A DNA stretch of 64,000 nucleotides from an uncultured Chloroflexia bacterium (GCA_963801745.1 CAWDFY010000004.1:640312-704311); one strand, 5' to 3'. Shown: positions 30,074 to 39,566, counted from the first letter of the stretch. Notes: a model not told the origin generated them from the letters alone. Translations and numbers: made by a program.

Positions 30074-30368
30074 ACCTACGCTACGGTCGTGGTGGAGCGT
30101 GATTCCGACAATTCCAGCGACTTCCGACCTTGGCGTCTCCGCGACAGCGGCCGGGTCGATGCCCGGCGCCGAGAGCTGTTCGCGATGGCCGCGCCGGTCT
30201 TTCGACGAGATGGATACCGCGGGGCGACGATCAAGGCCGTCGCCCACGCGTGCGGGCTCAGCCCCGCGAGCCTGTACCACTACTTCTCGTCGAAGGAGGA
30301 CTTGGCGACCTACATCGTGCGCCGACCCCGGATGGACTGGGACAGCGTCTGGGTCGACCCGACGAGCG
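30074..30368 (+). repeat. Dispersed repeat copy 1 (TetR promoter plus 5' coding region), roughly 85% identical by eye to 39567-39855
   Basis: Hand alignment of ACCTACGCT...TTCCGACC.TGGCG.CTCCGCG...GCCGACCCCGGATGGACTGGGACAGC..TGGGTCGACC. Confidence 0.7.
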
Positions 30369-30571
30369 ACCCGCTCGTGCAGCTCCGGCAGTTGCTCGAC
30401 CTGTCGTTGGCAGAGCTCCCGAACTTCCTGCTCGCGCTGCGACTCGAGGACGAGATCGCCGGAATCGGCCGGGTCGATGGCACGCACGCCCGCTCATTCC
30501 GTGAAGGCGAGTCGATGACCGGTCGTGGCGCAGGGTCGAGGAGAGCCTGGCCCGTGACCGCCGCCTGGTGA
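30089..30571 (+). CDS. TetR-family regulator, probably 3'-truncated or chimeric tail
   Basis: HTH (GYRGATIKAVAHACGLSPASLYHYFSSKEDL). TACGCT -10 is 6 nt before the GTG (leaderless-like). The ligand domain is short and the tail runs into a hydrolase fragment. Confidence 0.65.
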   Translation: MVERDSDNSSDFRPWRLRDSGRVDARRRELFAMAAPVFRRDGYRGATIKAVAHACGLSPASLYHYFSSKEDLATYIVRRPRMDWDSVWVDPTSDPLVQLRQLLDLSLAELPNFLLALRLEDEIAGIGRVDGTHARSFREGESMTGRGAGSRRAWPVTAAW

Positions 30572-30963
30572 TCATCAGTGGCCCGGGCCATGGGGCCAGC
30601 GCCGATCCTGGGCATCGGTACTCGCTCGACGACTGTGCGGCAGCGGCCGGTGAGGTCCTTGCGGCGCTCGGCATCCAGGGACCCGTGGACTGGGTCGGTA
30701 ATGCGTGGGGCGGGCACGTGGGGATCGTGTTCGCGTCGTCCCGGCCAGACCGGTGCCGGACCCTGATCACCTTCGGCACGCCGGTCCAGGCCTATGGTCG
30801 ATCGCAGCGCCTCGTGTTCCGGACCCTGCTCGCGGTCTATCGCGTCGTGGGGATGGTGGACTACCTGGCGGGCGGGATCCGCGACGCCCTGCTGTCGCCC
30901 CACACGCGCTCGACCGATCCGGATGCTGTCGCGCGTCCGGGACCTCTGGACGCGATGAGGTAG
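30505..30963 (+). pseudogene. Alpha/beta hydrolase fragment lacking its N-terminus
   Basis: The frame opens right after a stop, inside the TetR tail. W..VEESLARDRRLVIISGPGHGAS and WVGNAWGGHVG (nucleophile-elbow position) are present. Ends early. Confidence 0.5.
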
Positions 30964-31075
30964 GTTCCATCGGGCCGAGTGCCTCGCCCCGACCATCTCT
31001 ACGCTGTCTTCGGTGGTCATCGTAGACCGGCCGTTCGGGCGACCACGTCTGTCGCTCGTCGCTACCCTTCAGGAG

Positions 31076-32407
31076 ATGATCCCGGAAACGCGGTACGCCC
31101 GACTTGGCGACCTGCACCTCGCGTATCAGGTCGTTGGCAACGGTCCGCCCGACATCCTGCTCCTCGACCAGTGGTTCGGCAATCTCGATGCCCAGTGGGA
31201 CGTGCCGCCGCTGGCGGCGCTCCGGGAGCGCCTGGCGACATTCGGCCGGCTGATCATGTTCGACAAGCGGGGGACGGGCTTGTCCGACCCGATCCCGACC
31301 TCCACGCTGCCGACCCTCGAGGAGTTCATGGCCGACATCCCGGCGGTGCTGGACACGGTCGGGTCCGAACGGGCGGCGCTGATCTCGAACATCGGCGGTG
31401 GGATCCTCGCGATGCCCTTCGCGGCAGCGCATCCCGAGCGGGTCTCGAGCCTGATCCTCGTCGATTGCTTCGCGCGGTTCCTCGAGGCGCCCGACTTCCC
31501 CATCGGGGCGCCGATCGCTGAGCTGGCGCCCGCCCTGGAGCTGGCTGAGGACGACACCGGCCGCGGGGTGATGATCGACCTGTTCGCGCCGTCTGTCGCC
31601 GGCGACGAGCGGATCCGCCGCTCGTGGGCGAGATACGAGCGTGGCGCGGCGACGCCCGGCAGCACAAAGGCGATCGTCCGTCTGATCTACGAGAGCGATG
31701 TGCGCGACGTCCTGCCTGCGATCCGTGTCCCGACGCTGGTCATCCATCGCGATGCCGCCATGGGCTTCAGCGTCGCGCACGGGCGGTATCTCGCAGGGCA
31801 CATCCCGGGTGCCAAGTACGTCGAGCTGCCCGGCGCCGACAACCTCATCTGGGCAGGCGATCAGGATGCGATCGTCGCCGAGATCCAGGATTTTGTGACG
31901 GGCGTTCGACCGGTGCCCGATCCACGCCGGGTGCTTGCGACCGTGATGTTCACCGACATCGTCGGGTCGACACAGCTGGCGGCCGAGCTAGGCGACAGCC
32001 GGTGGCAGCGGCTGCTGGCGGACCACAACCGGATCGTCCGGCACCAGCTCGAGCGGTTCGGCGGGACCGAGGTCAAGGTCACAGGCGACGGCTTCTTGGC
32101 AACGTTCGACGGCCCGGCCCGGGCGATCCGCTGTGCCGCGGCGATCCGCGACGAGGTCATGGATCTCGGGCTCGAGATCCGTGCCGGGCTCCACGTGGGC
32201 GAGATCGAGGTCGTGGCGGGCGACATCGCCGGCCTGGCGGTCCACATCGCTGCAAGGGTCTCGGCCAAGGCCGGGGCCAGCGAGATCCTCGTCTCGAGCA
32301 CTGTCAGGGACCTCGTCGTGGGGTCGGGACTGGACTTCGATGATCGCGGTACGCACGATCTGAAGGGTGTCCCCGGCTCGTGGCACCTTGTTGCCGTTCG
32401 ACGCTGA
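31076..32407 (+). CDS. Alpha/beta hydrolase - class III adenylate/guanylate cyclase fusion (LipJ-like architecture)
   Basis: The N-terminal hydrolase fold has no obvious GxSxG (NIGGG). The C-terminal cyclase has VMFTDIVGST, KVTGDGFLATF and GLHVGEIE. Confidence 0.85.
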   Translation: MIPETRYARLGDLHLAYQVVGNGPPDILLLDQWFGNLDAQWDVPPLAALRERLATFGRLIMFDKRGTGLSDPIPTSTLPTLEEFMADIPAVLDTVGSERAALISNIGGGILAMPFAAAHPERVSSLILVDCFARFLEAPDFPIGAPIAELAPALELAEDDTGRGVMIDLFAPSVAGDERIRRSWARYERGAATPGSTKAIVRLIYESDVRDVLPAIRVPTLVIHRDAAMGFSVAHGRYLAGHIPGAKYVELPGADNLIWAGDQDAIVAEIQDFVTGVRPVPDPRRVLATVMFTDIVGSTQLAAELGDSRWQRLLADHNRIVRHQLERFGGTEVKVTGDGFLATFDGPARAIRCAAAIRDEVMDLGLEIRAGLHVGEIEVVAGDIAGLAVHIAARVSAKAGASEILVSSTVRDLVVGSGLDFDDRGTHDLKGVPGSWHLVAVRR

Positions 32408-32411
32408 AGCA

Positions 32412-33278
32412 ATGCCACGCCTGCAGTCTCGTCCCTTCACCACGCCCGATGAGACGCGGACCTTTCCGCACGGCAGCGCCACGGTGCTCAAGCTCGACGA
32501 GGCCGTCGTTGGTCGTGCCGTCTACGAGCCCGGCTGGCGATGGTCGACGGCCATGCGACAGATCGCGGGCACGCCGACGTGCGAGCTGCATCACCTCGGC
32601 TACTCGATCTCCGGCCTCATGCACGTCGTGACGAATGACGGCCAGGAGCTCGACATCCTGCCCGACTCGATCTATGAGATCCCTTCGGGTCACGACGCAT
32701 GGGTCGTCGGCGACGAGCCATGGGTGACGCTCGAGTGGACCAGCGCCCGAGAGTTCGGCGTGTCGCCCGAAGGGCCTGGCGAGCGGATCCTGGCGACCGT
32801 CCTGTTCACCGACATCGTCGACTCGACGGCGATCCTGCAGCGGGTGGGCGACGCGGCATGGCGGGACATGTTGGCGGCACACAATCGTCTGCTGCGCGAA
32901 GACCTCAACGTGTTCCGCGGGCGCGAGATCGCGACGACCGGGGACGGGTTCCTCGCGGTCTTTGACGGCGCGACCCGTGCCGTCCGCTGTGGCCTCGCCA
33001 TGACGCGCTCCGCTCGAAGGGCGGGCTTGGCGATCCGGGTCGGCCTCCACACGGGAGAGGTCGAGATGGAGGGGCCCGATGCCCGGGGTGTCGCCGTCCA
33101 CGCAGCCGCGCGAGTGATGTCGTTCGCCACCGCGAGCGAGGTGCTTGTCTCCTGGACGACCAAGGACCTTCTCGAGGGCTCCGGGCTGACTCTCGAGGAT
33201 GCCGGAACGCACGAGCTGAAAGGGCTCGACGGCCAACGTCGCCTTTTCAGGCTCATCCCCGCCGGTGACCTGGCGTGA
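32412..33278 (+). CDS. Cupin-domain - class III adenylate/guanylate cyclase fusion
   Basis: N-terminal cupin-like barrel (HHLGYSISGLMHVV...IPSGHDAWV), then VLFTDIVDST, TTGDGFLAVF and GLHTGEVE. Confidence 0.8.
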   Translation: MPRLQSRPFTTPDETRTFPHGSATVLKLDEAVVGRAVYEPGWRWSTAMRQIAGTPTCELHHLGYSISGLMHVVTNDGQELDILPDSIYEIPSGHDAWVVGDEPWVTLEWTSAREFGVSPEGPGERILATVLFTDIVDSTAILQRVGDAAWRDMLAAHNRLLREDLNVFRGREIATTGDGFLAVFDGATRAVRCGLAMTRSARRAGLAIRVGLHTGEVEMEGPDARGVAVHAAARVMSFATASEVLVSWTTKDLLEGSGLTLEDAGTHELKGLDGQRRLFRLIPAGDLA

Positions 33279-33658
33279 CTGATCCCCGGGCTACCGACGA
33301 GACGCGCATCGATCGCTGGCTGTGTGCGGTCCGCCTCGTGAAGACTCGCCCCCTTGCGACCCGATTGTGCGAGGCCGGCCATGTCCTCGTGAATGGATCT
33401 CCGGCAAAGCCGTCGACAAAGCTTCGCGCAGGCGATCGGGTGGAGGCCCGCATCGCGGATCGCGAGCGCGTCGTCGAGGTCGTGCGGCCGATCGAGTCGC
33501 GTGTCGGGGCACCCGTCGCCGCGACCTGCTATGTGGACCACAGCCCGCCGGTCGTGCGCGAGGCCGGGCCGGAGATCGTCCTCATCCGTGGGGAGGGCCG
33601 TCCGAGCAAGCGTCTACGGCGCGAGCTCGAGCGCCTGCGCCGGGCCGCCCCCGGCTGA
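33275..33658 (+). CDS. S4-domain RNA-binding protein (Hsp15-like)
   Basis: RIDRWLCAVRLVKTRPLATRLCEAGHVLVNG. The GTG overlaps the cyclase stop. Confidence 0.7.
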   Translation: MTDPRATDETRIDRWLCAVRLVKTRPLATRLCEAGHVLVNGSPAKPSTKLRAGDRVEARIADRERVVEVVRPIESRVGAPVAATCYVDHSPPVVREAGPEIVLIRGEGRPSKRLRRELERLRRAAPG

Positions 33659-33722
33659 GCGCCTGCCGTCGGGCCGCATCTCCGTAGCGGCAAGCCGCTA
33701 CATGATCGACTCGTGGAGGAGC

Positions 33723-34319
33723 TCAGCCTGTCGGCGCTGTCGCCCGAGTCGTGAGCCATGCGACGAACAGGTCGGACACGAGGTCCGCAGCCTGGACCTG
33801 GCTCCTGCCCGTCGCTTGGAGGCCCCCGATCACCCACGTCCCGAGCACGGTCGTGACCACGGCAACCGCATCCTCGTCATCGGCGAGGGGACCGAGGGCG
33901 GCACGGATGAGCGCGTCGAGCTCCCGGTAGAAGCGCTGTTCGGCATCGGTCCACAACCCGACGCCAGGCTCGCGCTGTGAGGCTCGCCACCACGGCTCGC
34001 TGCGTTCGAAGAATGCGGCCAGCTTGTGGACCAACAGGTTGATGCGGTCCGCGAGGTCATCGACGCCGTCGAACACGTCGGGCGTCGGCATCTGGAGGTC
34101 GCCCAGGATCCGCGCGATCACCTCAGCCGCCAAGGCGTCGAGAGACCCGAAGTGGTTCGCGACCGTGCCGGGCGCGACGTCCGCCCTGCGGGCGATGTCC
34201 TGCATGGTCGTGGCTGACACACCTTGCTCCTGGTACAAGGCGAGCGCGGCATCGACGATCCGCCGTCGTGTGTCGGCTTGCTGGACAGCGCGTTTGCCGA
34301 GGCTGTAGGAGCGCGGCAC
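33723..34319 (-). CDS. TetR-family transcriptional regulator
   Basis: Intact 198 aa. HTH TMQDIARRADVAPGTVANHFGS. Divergent from the cupredoxin cluster. Confidence 0.85.
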   Translation of the reverse strand: MPRSYSLGKRAVQQADTRRRIVDAALALYQEQGVSATTMQDIARRADVAPGTVANHFGSLDALAAEVIARILGDLQMPTPDVFDGVDDLADRINLLVHKLAAFFERSEPWWRASQREPGVGLWTDAEQRFYRELDALIRAALGPLADDEDAVAVVTTVLGTWVIGGLQATGRSQVQAADLVSDLFVAWLTTRATAPTG

Positions 34320-34333
34320 GGGTTTCCTTCTAA

Positions 34334-34362
34334 TCTATTGACTTGTTGATGGAGCCAATATA
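34334..34362. promoter_or_regulatory. Candidate TetR operator in the divergent intergenic region
   Basis: AT-rich imperfect inverted repeat TCTATTGAC-N11-GCCAATATA in an otherwise GC-rich region. Confidence 0.3.
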
Positions 34363-34425
34363 ACGTGGCCTGGCCAAGTCCGCCAGCCCCGACGGGTGGC
34401 CGTCCTTGGCATCTGCCCTGGAGGC

Positions 34426-35196
34426 ATGATGCGGACCTTCGCGATGTCCGTGGTCGGCGCAGCGTACGCCGTGATCGCGGCGACCTTTCTTGTCTTCGCC
34501 GCGCAACCGTTCGCCGCGGACTTCCTCGCGGTCATCAGCGCGTTCGTCGTCCTCTTCGTCGTGATGGGTCTCGCCTCGGTGGCCTGGCCGGGTGCCCGGG
34601 TCCGTCCGTGGTTCTGGCTCGTCTCGACCGTCGTGGGGCTCCTCGTGCTCCTGTTCAATGGGTTCTACGCGCCGTACGCCCTGACCCATCCGGCCGACGC
34701 GCTGACCTTCGTGACCACCCTCGGCGTCGTCGTGGCGGGCATCCTCGTCATCGTCGGCAGTGTGACGGCGTGGCGCGAGGTCCGGGGCGCGGGGGTCGTC
34801 TGGGACGCCCGTGGTCGCGCCGGCCTGGTGGTGGCCGGCGTCGTCGGGCTCGTCCTCGGCGCGAGCGCGACATCCGTGTTCGCGGCGGCGTCCATGGCCA
34901 CGGGACCGGCGATCAGCGAGCCACCCGCAACGACGGCCACGCTCCTGGCGAGGGACACCGTGTTCGTCGGCACGCTCGAGGCCGCGTCCGGGGAGGTCCT
35001 GGGGATCCTCGTCACGAACGAGGATCCATACGCGCACTCGTTCGACATCGACGCGCTCGCGATCCACGTGCCCCTGCCGCCGAGCTCCACGACCTTCGTC
35101 GCCGTGCAGCCGACGAAGGGCGGCCCGCTCCCGTTCTACTGCGGCGTCCCGGGCCACAAGGACGCCGGGATGGTCGGCACGATCGCCGTGCCCTGA
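34426..35196 (+). CDS. Polytopic membrane protein with C-terminal cupredoxin (type-1 copper) domain
   Basis: Four to five N-terminal TM helices. Plastocyanin-like ligand pattern H(SF)...YCGVPGHKDAGM. Confidence 0.75.
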   Translation: MMRTFAMSVVGAAYAVIAATFLVFAAQPFAADFLAVISAFVVLFVVMGLASVAWPGARVRPWFWLVSTVVGLLVLLFNGFYAPYALTHPADALTFVTTLGVVVAGILVIVGSVTAWREVRGAGVVWDARGRAGLVVAGVVGLVLGASATSVFAAASMATGPAISEPPATTATLLARDTVFVGTLEAASGEVLGILVTNEDPYAHSFDIDALAIHVPLPPSSTTFVAVQPTKGGPLPFYCGVPGHKDAGMVGTIAVP

Positions 35197-35210
35197 GGGA
35201 GGACCGACCG

Positions 35211-35720
35211 ATGACCTGGACCGGACTCTACCCGTGGCTTCTCGTGCTGCACGTGTCGAGCGCCCTTGCCTTCCTCGCGGTCCACGGGGTCTCGATCGGT
35301 GTCTGGTGGCGCGTCCGACGCGAACGCGACCGGGCGAAGCTGGTGCCCTTGTTGGAACTGTCGTCGAGCTTCATGACACCGATGTTCATCGTGGGGCTGG
35401 CGCTCATCCTCAGCGGCATCCTCGTGGGCATCGCCGCGGCGTGGTGGTTCAACGGCCAATGGTGGCTGTGGGCATCGATCACGTTGCTCGTCCTGATCGT
35501 CCTCCTGATGCACCCGCTCCTGGCGATCCCGATGCAGATGGTCCGCCGCAGCCTCTGCATGCCGACCATGTACGACGACAAATACGGGACCCTCGCTGAG
35601 CCCGTCGACGACGCCGAGCTGGACCGGCTGTTGCGCGATCCACGCCCGACGGTCGGCGCGACGATCGCGATCGTCGGGATCGTCCTGATCACCTGGCTCA
35701 TGGAGACCAAGCCGTTCTGA
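35211..35720 (+). CDS. DUF2269-like integral membrane protein
   Basis: Four TM helices. GAGGGAGGA RBS. Confidence 0.55.
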   Translation: MTWTGLYPWLLVLHVSSALAFLAVHGVSIGVWWRVRRERDRAKLVPLLELSSSFMTPMFIVGLALILSGILVGIAAAWWFNGQWWLWASITLLVLIVLLMHPLLAIPMQMVRRSLCMPTMYDDKYGTLAEPVDDAELDRLLRDPRPTVGATIAIVGIVLITWLMETKPF

Positions 35721-35739
35721 GTGATCCCCCAAGGAGGAT

Positions 35740-36345
35740 GTGGTGGTTATCGACACGACCCTTGAAACGGCTGGCCGCCGGTCGGCGCAGCTGGCCGCGG
35801 GCCTGACGATCGGCGGCGCCGCGAGCCTCGCCACGTTCTTCGCCGCGGGCCAGCCCTGGGGAACCATCAATGACCTGTCGGCGATCGCGCTCGCGGCGAG
35901 CACGGTGCCGATCGCCGTCGGGCTCGCACGGCGGAACCCACGCTCCATGGCGCTCAGACTCGGCGTCGGCTTCGACGCCATCGGCGCCATCACGACGTCG
36001 GCGTACACGGCATTGCTGATCGCTCGCCGGATGACGTTCGACGAGAGTCTGCTTGGCGTCGTGGGCGGCCAGGCGCTGATCGGCTGTTGGCTCGTCCTCA
36101 TCGGTCTGGCCGCGTGGCCCGATCCCGCGGCGCGACGCCTCGCGGGCCTGGCGATCACGGGCGGGATGGGCTTGCTGGCTACGGCGGCCGGGATCGCGAC
36201 CGGCGGCATGGAGAGCCCGCTGGCATACGTCGGGTTCGCTGCGGCGTTCATCGGGACGCTCGGCTCGTATGCCCTGCTCGGTCGGCGGTCGGTCGCCCGT
36301 GCCCGCGTGCCCTCGAGTCGAGCCCGAGCGATGTCCTCGACATGA
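35740..36345 (+). CDS. Integral membrane protein, unknown function
   Basis: 201-aa hydrophobic ORF. Coding-like codon usage. Confidence 0.5.
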   Translation: MVVIDTTLETAGRRSAQLAAGLTIGGAASLATFFAAGQPWGTINDLSAIALAASTVPIAVGLARRNPRSMALRLGVGFDAIGAITTSAYTALLIARRMTFDESLLGVVGGQALIGCWLVLIGLAAWPDPAARRLAGLAITGGMGLLATAAGIATGGMESPLAYVGFAAAFIGTLGSYALLGRRSVARARVPSSRARAMSST

Positions 36346-36860
36346 GCACCTGGATGCGCGTCGCTGGTGCGGCCTCGCTGGCGAGCTCCGCGATCGCCGC
36401 GGTCGCTGTGGTCTTGTTGACCCTGATGTTCATCGCGTTCGGCCTCGGCGCGATGTCGCCCGGACAGACGGTCGGCCGGATCAATGACGTGCTGACCCTT
36501 GTCGTGTACTTGCTCGCGTTGCCCGGCGTCATCGCCACCGCGGTGTTGCTTCGCTCTCGCCGGCCCGGGCTCATCCTGGTCGGGGTGCTGGTCGCGGTCG
36601 CGTCGATCGGCGTCATCTGCGCCTTGCAGTGGCAGCTGGTCACCGGCGTCCTGACGTTCGAGCAACAGATCGGCCCCGTCTCGGTCGCCTTCCTCGCCCT
36701 GGGCGTTTGGTTCGTGTTGTCTGCGTACGTGGGCGGGGACCGTCTTGGGTATGGCGTCGGGATCGGTCTGCTGGCCGCGCTCTATGTCGGCTATCCCCTG
36801 TTGGCATACCGTCTCGGACGGTCGCTATCGGGGAGGACTCGGTCACTGTCCCACGTGTAG
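36342..36860 (+). CDS. Integral membrane protein, unknown function
   Basis: ATGA overlap with the previous gene. Five or more hydrophobic helices. Confidence 0.5.
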   Translation: MSTWMRVAGAASLASSAIAAVAVVLLTLMFIAFGLGAMSPGQTVGRINDVLTLVVYLLALPGVIATAVLLRSRRPGLILVGVLVAVASIGVICALQWQLVTGVLTFEQQIGPVSVAFLALGVWFVLSAYVGGDRLGYGVGIGLLAALYVGYPLLAYRLGRSLSGRTRSLSHV

Positions 36861-36986
36861 ATCGGAAGACTCGATCTCGTCCTGTCCTCACTGGGTCGGC
36901 AGATCGCCTGTGTAAATCAGACTTGACATCCTGTCATGTAGACCATACATTCGGGATGTCAAGAACGTTTTACATCGGAGCGGCCA

Positions 36987-37430
36987 ATGTCCTACGAAGA
37001 GAGAGGCCAGTGGGTCTATCTCGTCACCATCGTGCTCACGTACGCCGCTTACGTCGCCATCATCCTGAGCCGGGCAGCCGGGACCGCGCCGGCTGACATC
37101 GACTACGTCCCGGTGATGCTGGCGGCGATCGGCATCGGCATCGCCCTCGCCATCGTCGGTCGCATCGTGGTCGAGATCGTCGGCCACATCTCGTCCGAGA
37201 TGGCGGGTCACGAGGAAGGCCACGAGGCGGACGTCCGCGACCGTGACATCGGGCGCTTCGGCGAGTACTTCGCCGGCACGGTGCTCGGCGTCGGCATGGT
37301 CGTCCCGTTCGTCCTGACGCTGGCGGAGTTCGACTACTTCTGGATCGCGAACGCGATGTACCTCGCGTTCGTCGTGTCGGTGGTCGTCGGGGCGGCCGTG
37401 AAGCTCGTCGCCTATCGACGAGGCTTCTAG
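36987..37430 (+). CDS. DUF2178-like membrane protein
   Basis: Four TM helices. Has the typical pairing with a downstream small XRE regulator. Confidence 0.55.
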   Translation: MSYEERGQWVYLVTIVLTYAAYVAIILSRAAGTAPADIDYVPVMLAAIGIGIALAIVGRIVVEIVGHISSEMAGHEEGHEADVRDRDIGRFGEYFAGTVLGVGMVVPFVLTLAEFDYFWIANAMYLAFVVSVVVGAAVKLVAYRRGF

Positions 37431-37434
37431 GCCG

Positions 37435-37668
37435 ATGGGCAGGCCCACGAGGGTCAGCAACCAGATCCGACGGTTGCGGTTCGAGGCCGGCGAGATGACC
37501 CAGGCCGAGCTCGCCAGGCGGGTCGGAGTCACACGCCAGACGATCATCGCCATCGAGCAGGGTCGCTACTCGCCGTCGCTCGAGATGGCCTTCCAGATCG
37601 CCCACGCCCTCGACGTCACGCTCGACGACGTCTTCCGATACGAGCCACCCGAAGGAGCAAAGCCATGA
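37435..37668 (+). CDS. Small XRE-family HTH regulator (YozG-like)
   Basis: MTQAELARRVGVTRQTIIAIEQGRYSPSLEMAFQIA. Confidence 0.8.
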   Translation: MGRPTRVSNQIRRLRFEAGEMTQAELARRVGVTRQTIIAIEQGRYSPSLEMAFQIAHALDVTLDDVFRYEPPEGAKP

Positions 37669-38150
37669 CCACGCCCACCACTGCCCGCGGTCGCCGCGCG
37701 CCCCTGCCACCGCGGTGGGTCATCCGTAGCTTCTGGAGGATCCACCGCGCCATCTACTCCGTGACGGGCGGCAGGTTGGGGCTGCGCCGGCCGACGCCCA
37801 AGGGGTGGGGGATGATGCGCCTCACCACCACCGGGCGCCGCTCGGGCAGCGAGCGGCACGCCATCCTCGGCTACTACGAGGACGGTCCGAACCTGGTCAC
37901 CATGGCCATGAACGGCTGGGGCGAGGCGGAGCCGGCGTGGTGGCTCAATCTGCAGGCGAACCCCGACACCACGGTGGAGCTGAGCGACGGCCCGCGCGCG
38001 ATCCGCGGCCGTGCGGCCACCCCGGAGGAGCGGCCCCGCCTGTGGGCGCGCTGGGCGGAGTACGACGGCGAGGAGGCGCTCGCGAGCTGGGCAGCGCGTC
38101 GACCGCGGGAGACCGCGGTCGTCATCCTCGAGCCTCGGCCCTCAGCGTGA
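37665..38150 (+). CDS. Deazaflavin (F420)-dependent nitroreductase-family oxidoreductase (DDN-like)
   Basis: LTTTGRRSGSERHAILGYY...AMNGWGEAEPAWWLNLQANP...ERPRLWARW...AVVILEP. ATGA overlap with the XRE gene. Confidence 0.8.
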   Translation: MTTPTTARGRRAPLPPRWVIRSFWRIHRAIYSVTGGRLGLRRPTPKGWGMMRLTTTGRRSGSERHAILGYYEDGPNLVTMAMNGWGEAEPAWWLNLQANPDTTVELSDGPRAIRGRAATPEERPRLWARWAEYDGEEALASWAARRPRETAVVILEPRPSA

Positions 38151-39521
38151 CCGATCGATGACGGCCCCGTTGAGCACGGCGGCGAAGCGCTGGGCGATCG
38201 AGGGCCAGCCGTAGCGCTCGACCGCGACGGCGTGCCCGCGGGCGCCGCGGCGCGCTCGTTCGGCTGGGTCATCGATCGCCTCGAGCAGCGCGGCGGCGAG
38301 GTCGCCGACGTCGTCGGGCTCGACGAGCCAGCCCGTCTCTCCGTCGGCGATGATCTCGCCAGGGCCGAAACGGTCGACGGCGATCGGCGGAACTCCGCAC
38401 GCCATCGCCTCGACGAGCACGAGGCCGAACTGCTCGCGAACGGAGGCCAGCGCGAACACGTCGGCGACCGACAGGAACGCCGGCACCTCGAAATGGTCGT
38501 ACCAGCCGGCCAGGAAGACGCCGCGCAGGCCGAGCCGGTCGATCGTGTCGGCCGGGTGCTCCCCCTCCCACTCGCCCGGATGGCCGCCGACGATCACGAG
38601 ACCGGCGGGAGTCCGCGCCCGGTCACGGGCCTGCGCGAAGGCCTCGATGAGCAGCGGAAGCCGCTTGACCGCGGTGAACCGGCTGACGGTGAGGACGACG
38701 ACGCCGTCGACGATCGGCACGAGGTCCTCGGGGCGGTAGCCCACGCTGCCGGGGCGATGGTCCGCGCGCCAGCCGCGCGGCGCCTCGACGAGCGCGCCTT
38801 GCCATAGCGCGGCGCGATCGATCTCGTGACGGACGAAGACACGCGGGTCGAACCCATTGGGCAGCACGACCAGGCGGCTGGCGCCGAGGCCGAGCACGGC
38901 GTCGGCGCGCGAGATCTCCGATGGCGATAGCACGACGAGCCGTTCGCACCTGTGCGCCCAGTCGCGCATCCGCCGGGCCCAGGCCGCAGCGTGGGTCCAG
39001 CCCGGCGGCGGTCCGCCCGCGATCTCCTCGAGCATGAGCAGCTCGGTGCCGTGCAGGTGGCCGATGACCGGGACGTCCGGCGCGACGCGCGACGCCGCCT
39101 CGTGGATCGGGGTGAGGTGGTGGAGGTGCAGCGCATCGGCATCGGCGGCGCCGGCGTCGGCCAGTACGCGCGCCCATGCCGTCACCTGACGCTCATAGGC
39201 GTCGTCGTCGAGCGCGGCGAACACCCGGTCCGGTGCGCCAGGACGGTCCTCGTAGGACGGTTGCAGGGGCGCGGCCCCCGGTGGCGGATCGAACGGGTAC
39301 GGCGAGGCGAGCGCCTCGTCGAAGGACACCGGGTGGATGTCGAGGTCGGCGTAGAAGCGCGCCGCGTCCCCGAATGCCCCGAGATCGGTCCGCGAACCCG
39401 AGACGACCGTGACGTCCCAGCCGAATGACGGGAGCTCGAGCGCGAGCGCGCGGGCGACATGCGAGGAGCCGCCCCGGGGGAAGAACTGGAGCGCGCTGAG
39501 GACTCGTCGGCGGCGAGGCAT
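38142..39521 (-). CDS. GT4-family glycosyltransferase
   Basis: Intact 459 aa. GGSSHVARALA N-terminus and the E(x7)E region (REQFGLVLVEAMACGVPPI). Confidence 0.85.
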   Translation of the reverse strand: MPRRRRVLSALQFFPRGGSSHVARALALELPSFGWDVTVVSGSRTDLGAFGDAARFYADLDIHPVSFDEALASPYPFDPPPGAAPLQPSYEDRPGAPDRVFAALDDDAYERQVTAWARVLADAGAADADALHLHHLTPIHEAASRVAPDVPVIGHLHGTELLMLEEIAGGPPPGWTHAAAWARRMRDWAHRCERLVVLSPSEISRADAVLGLGASRLVVLPNGFDPRVFVRHEIDRAALWQGALVEAPRGWRADHRPGSVGYRPEDLVPIVDGVVVLTVSRFTAVKRLPLLIEAFAQARDRARTPAGLVIVGGHPGEWEGEHPADTIDRLGLRGVFLAGWYDHFEVPAFLSVADVFALASVREQFGLVLVEAMACGVPPIAVDRFGPGEIIADGETGWLVEPDDVGDLAAALLEAIDDPAERARRGARGHAVAVERYGWPSIAQRFAAVLNGAVIDRSR

Positions 39522-39566
39522 CCGCCAAGTGTGAGGGACCTGTTAACGGTGCGGCGGTGCCTCCTG

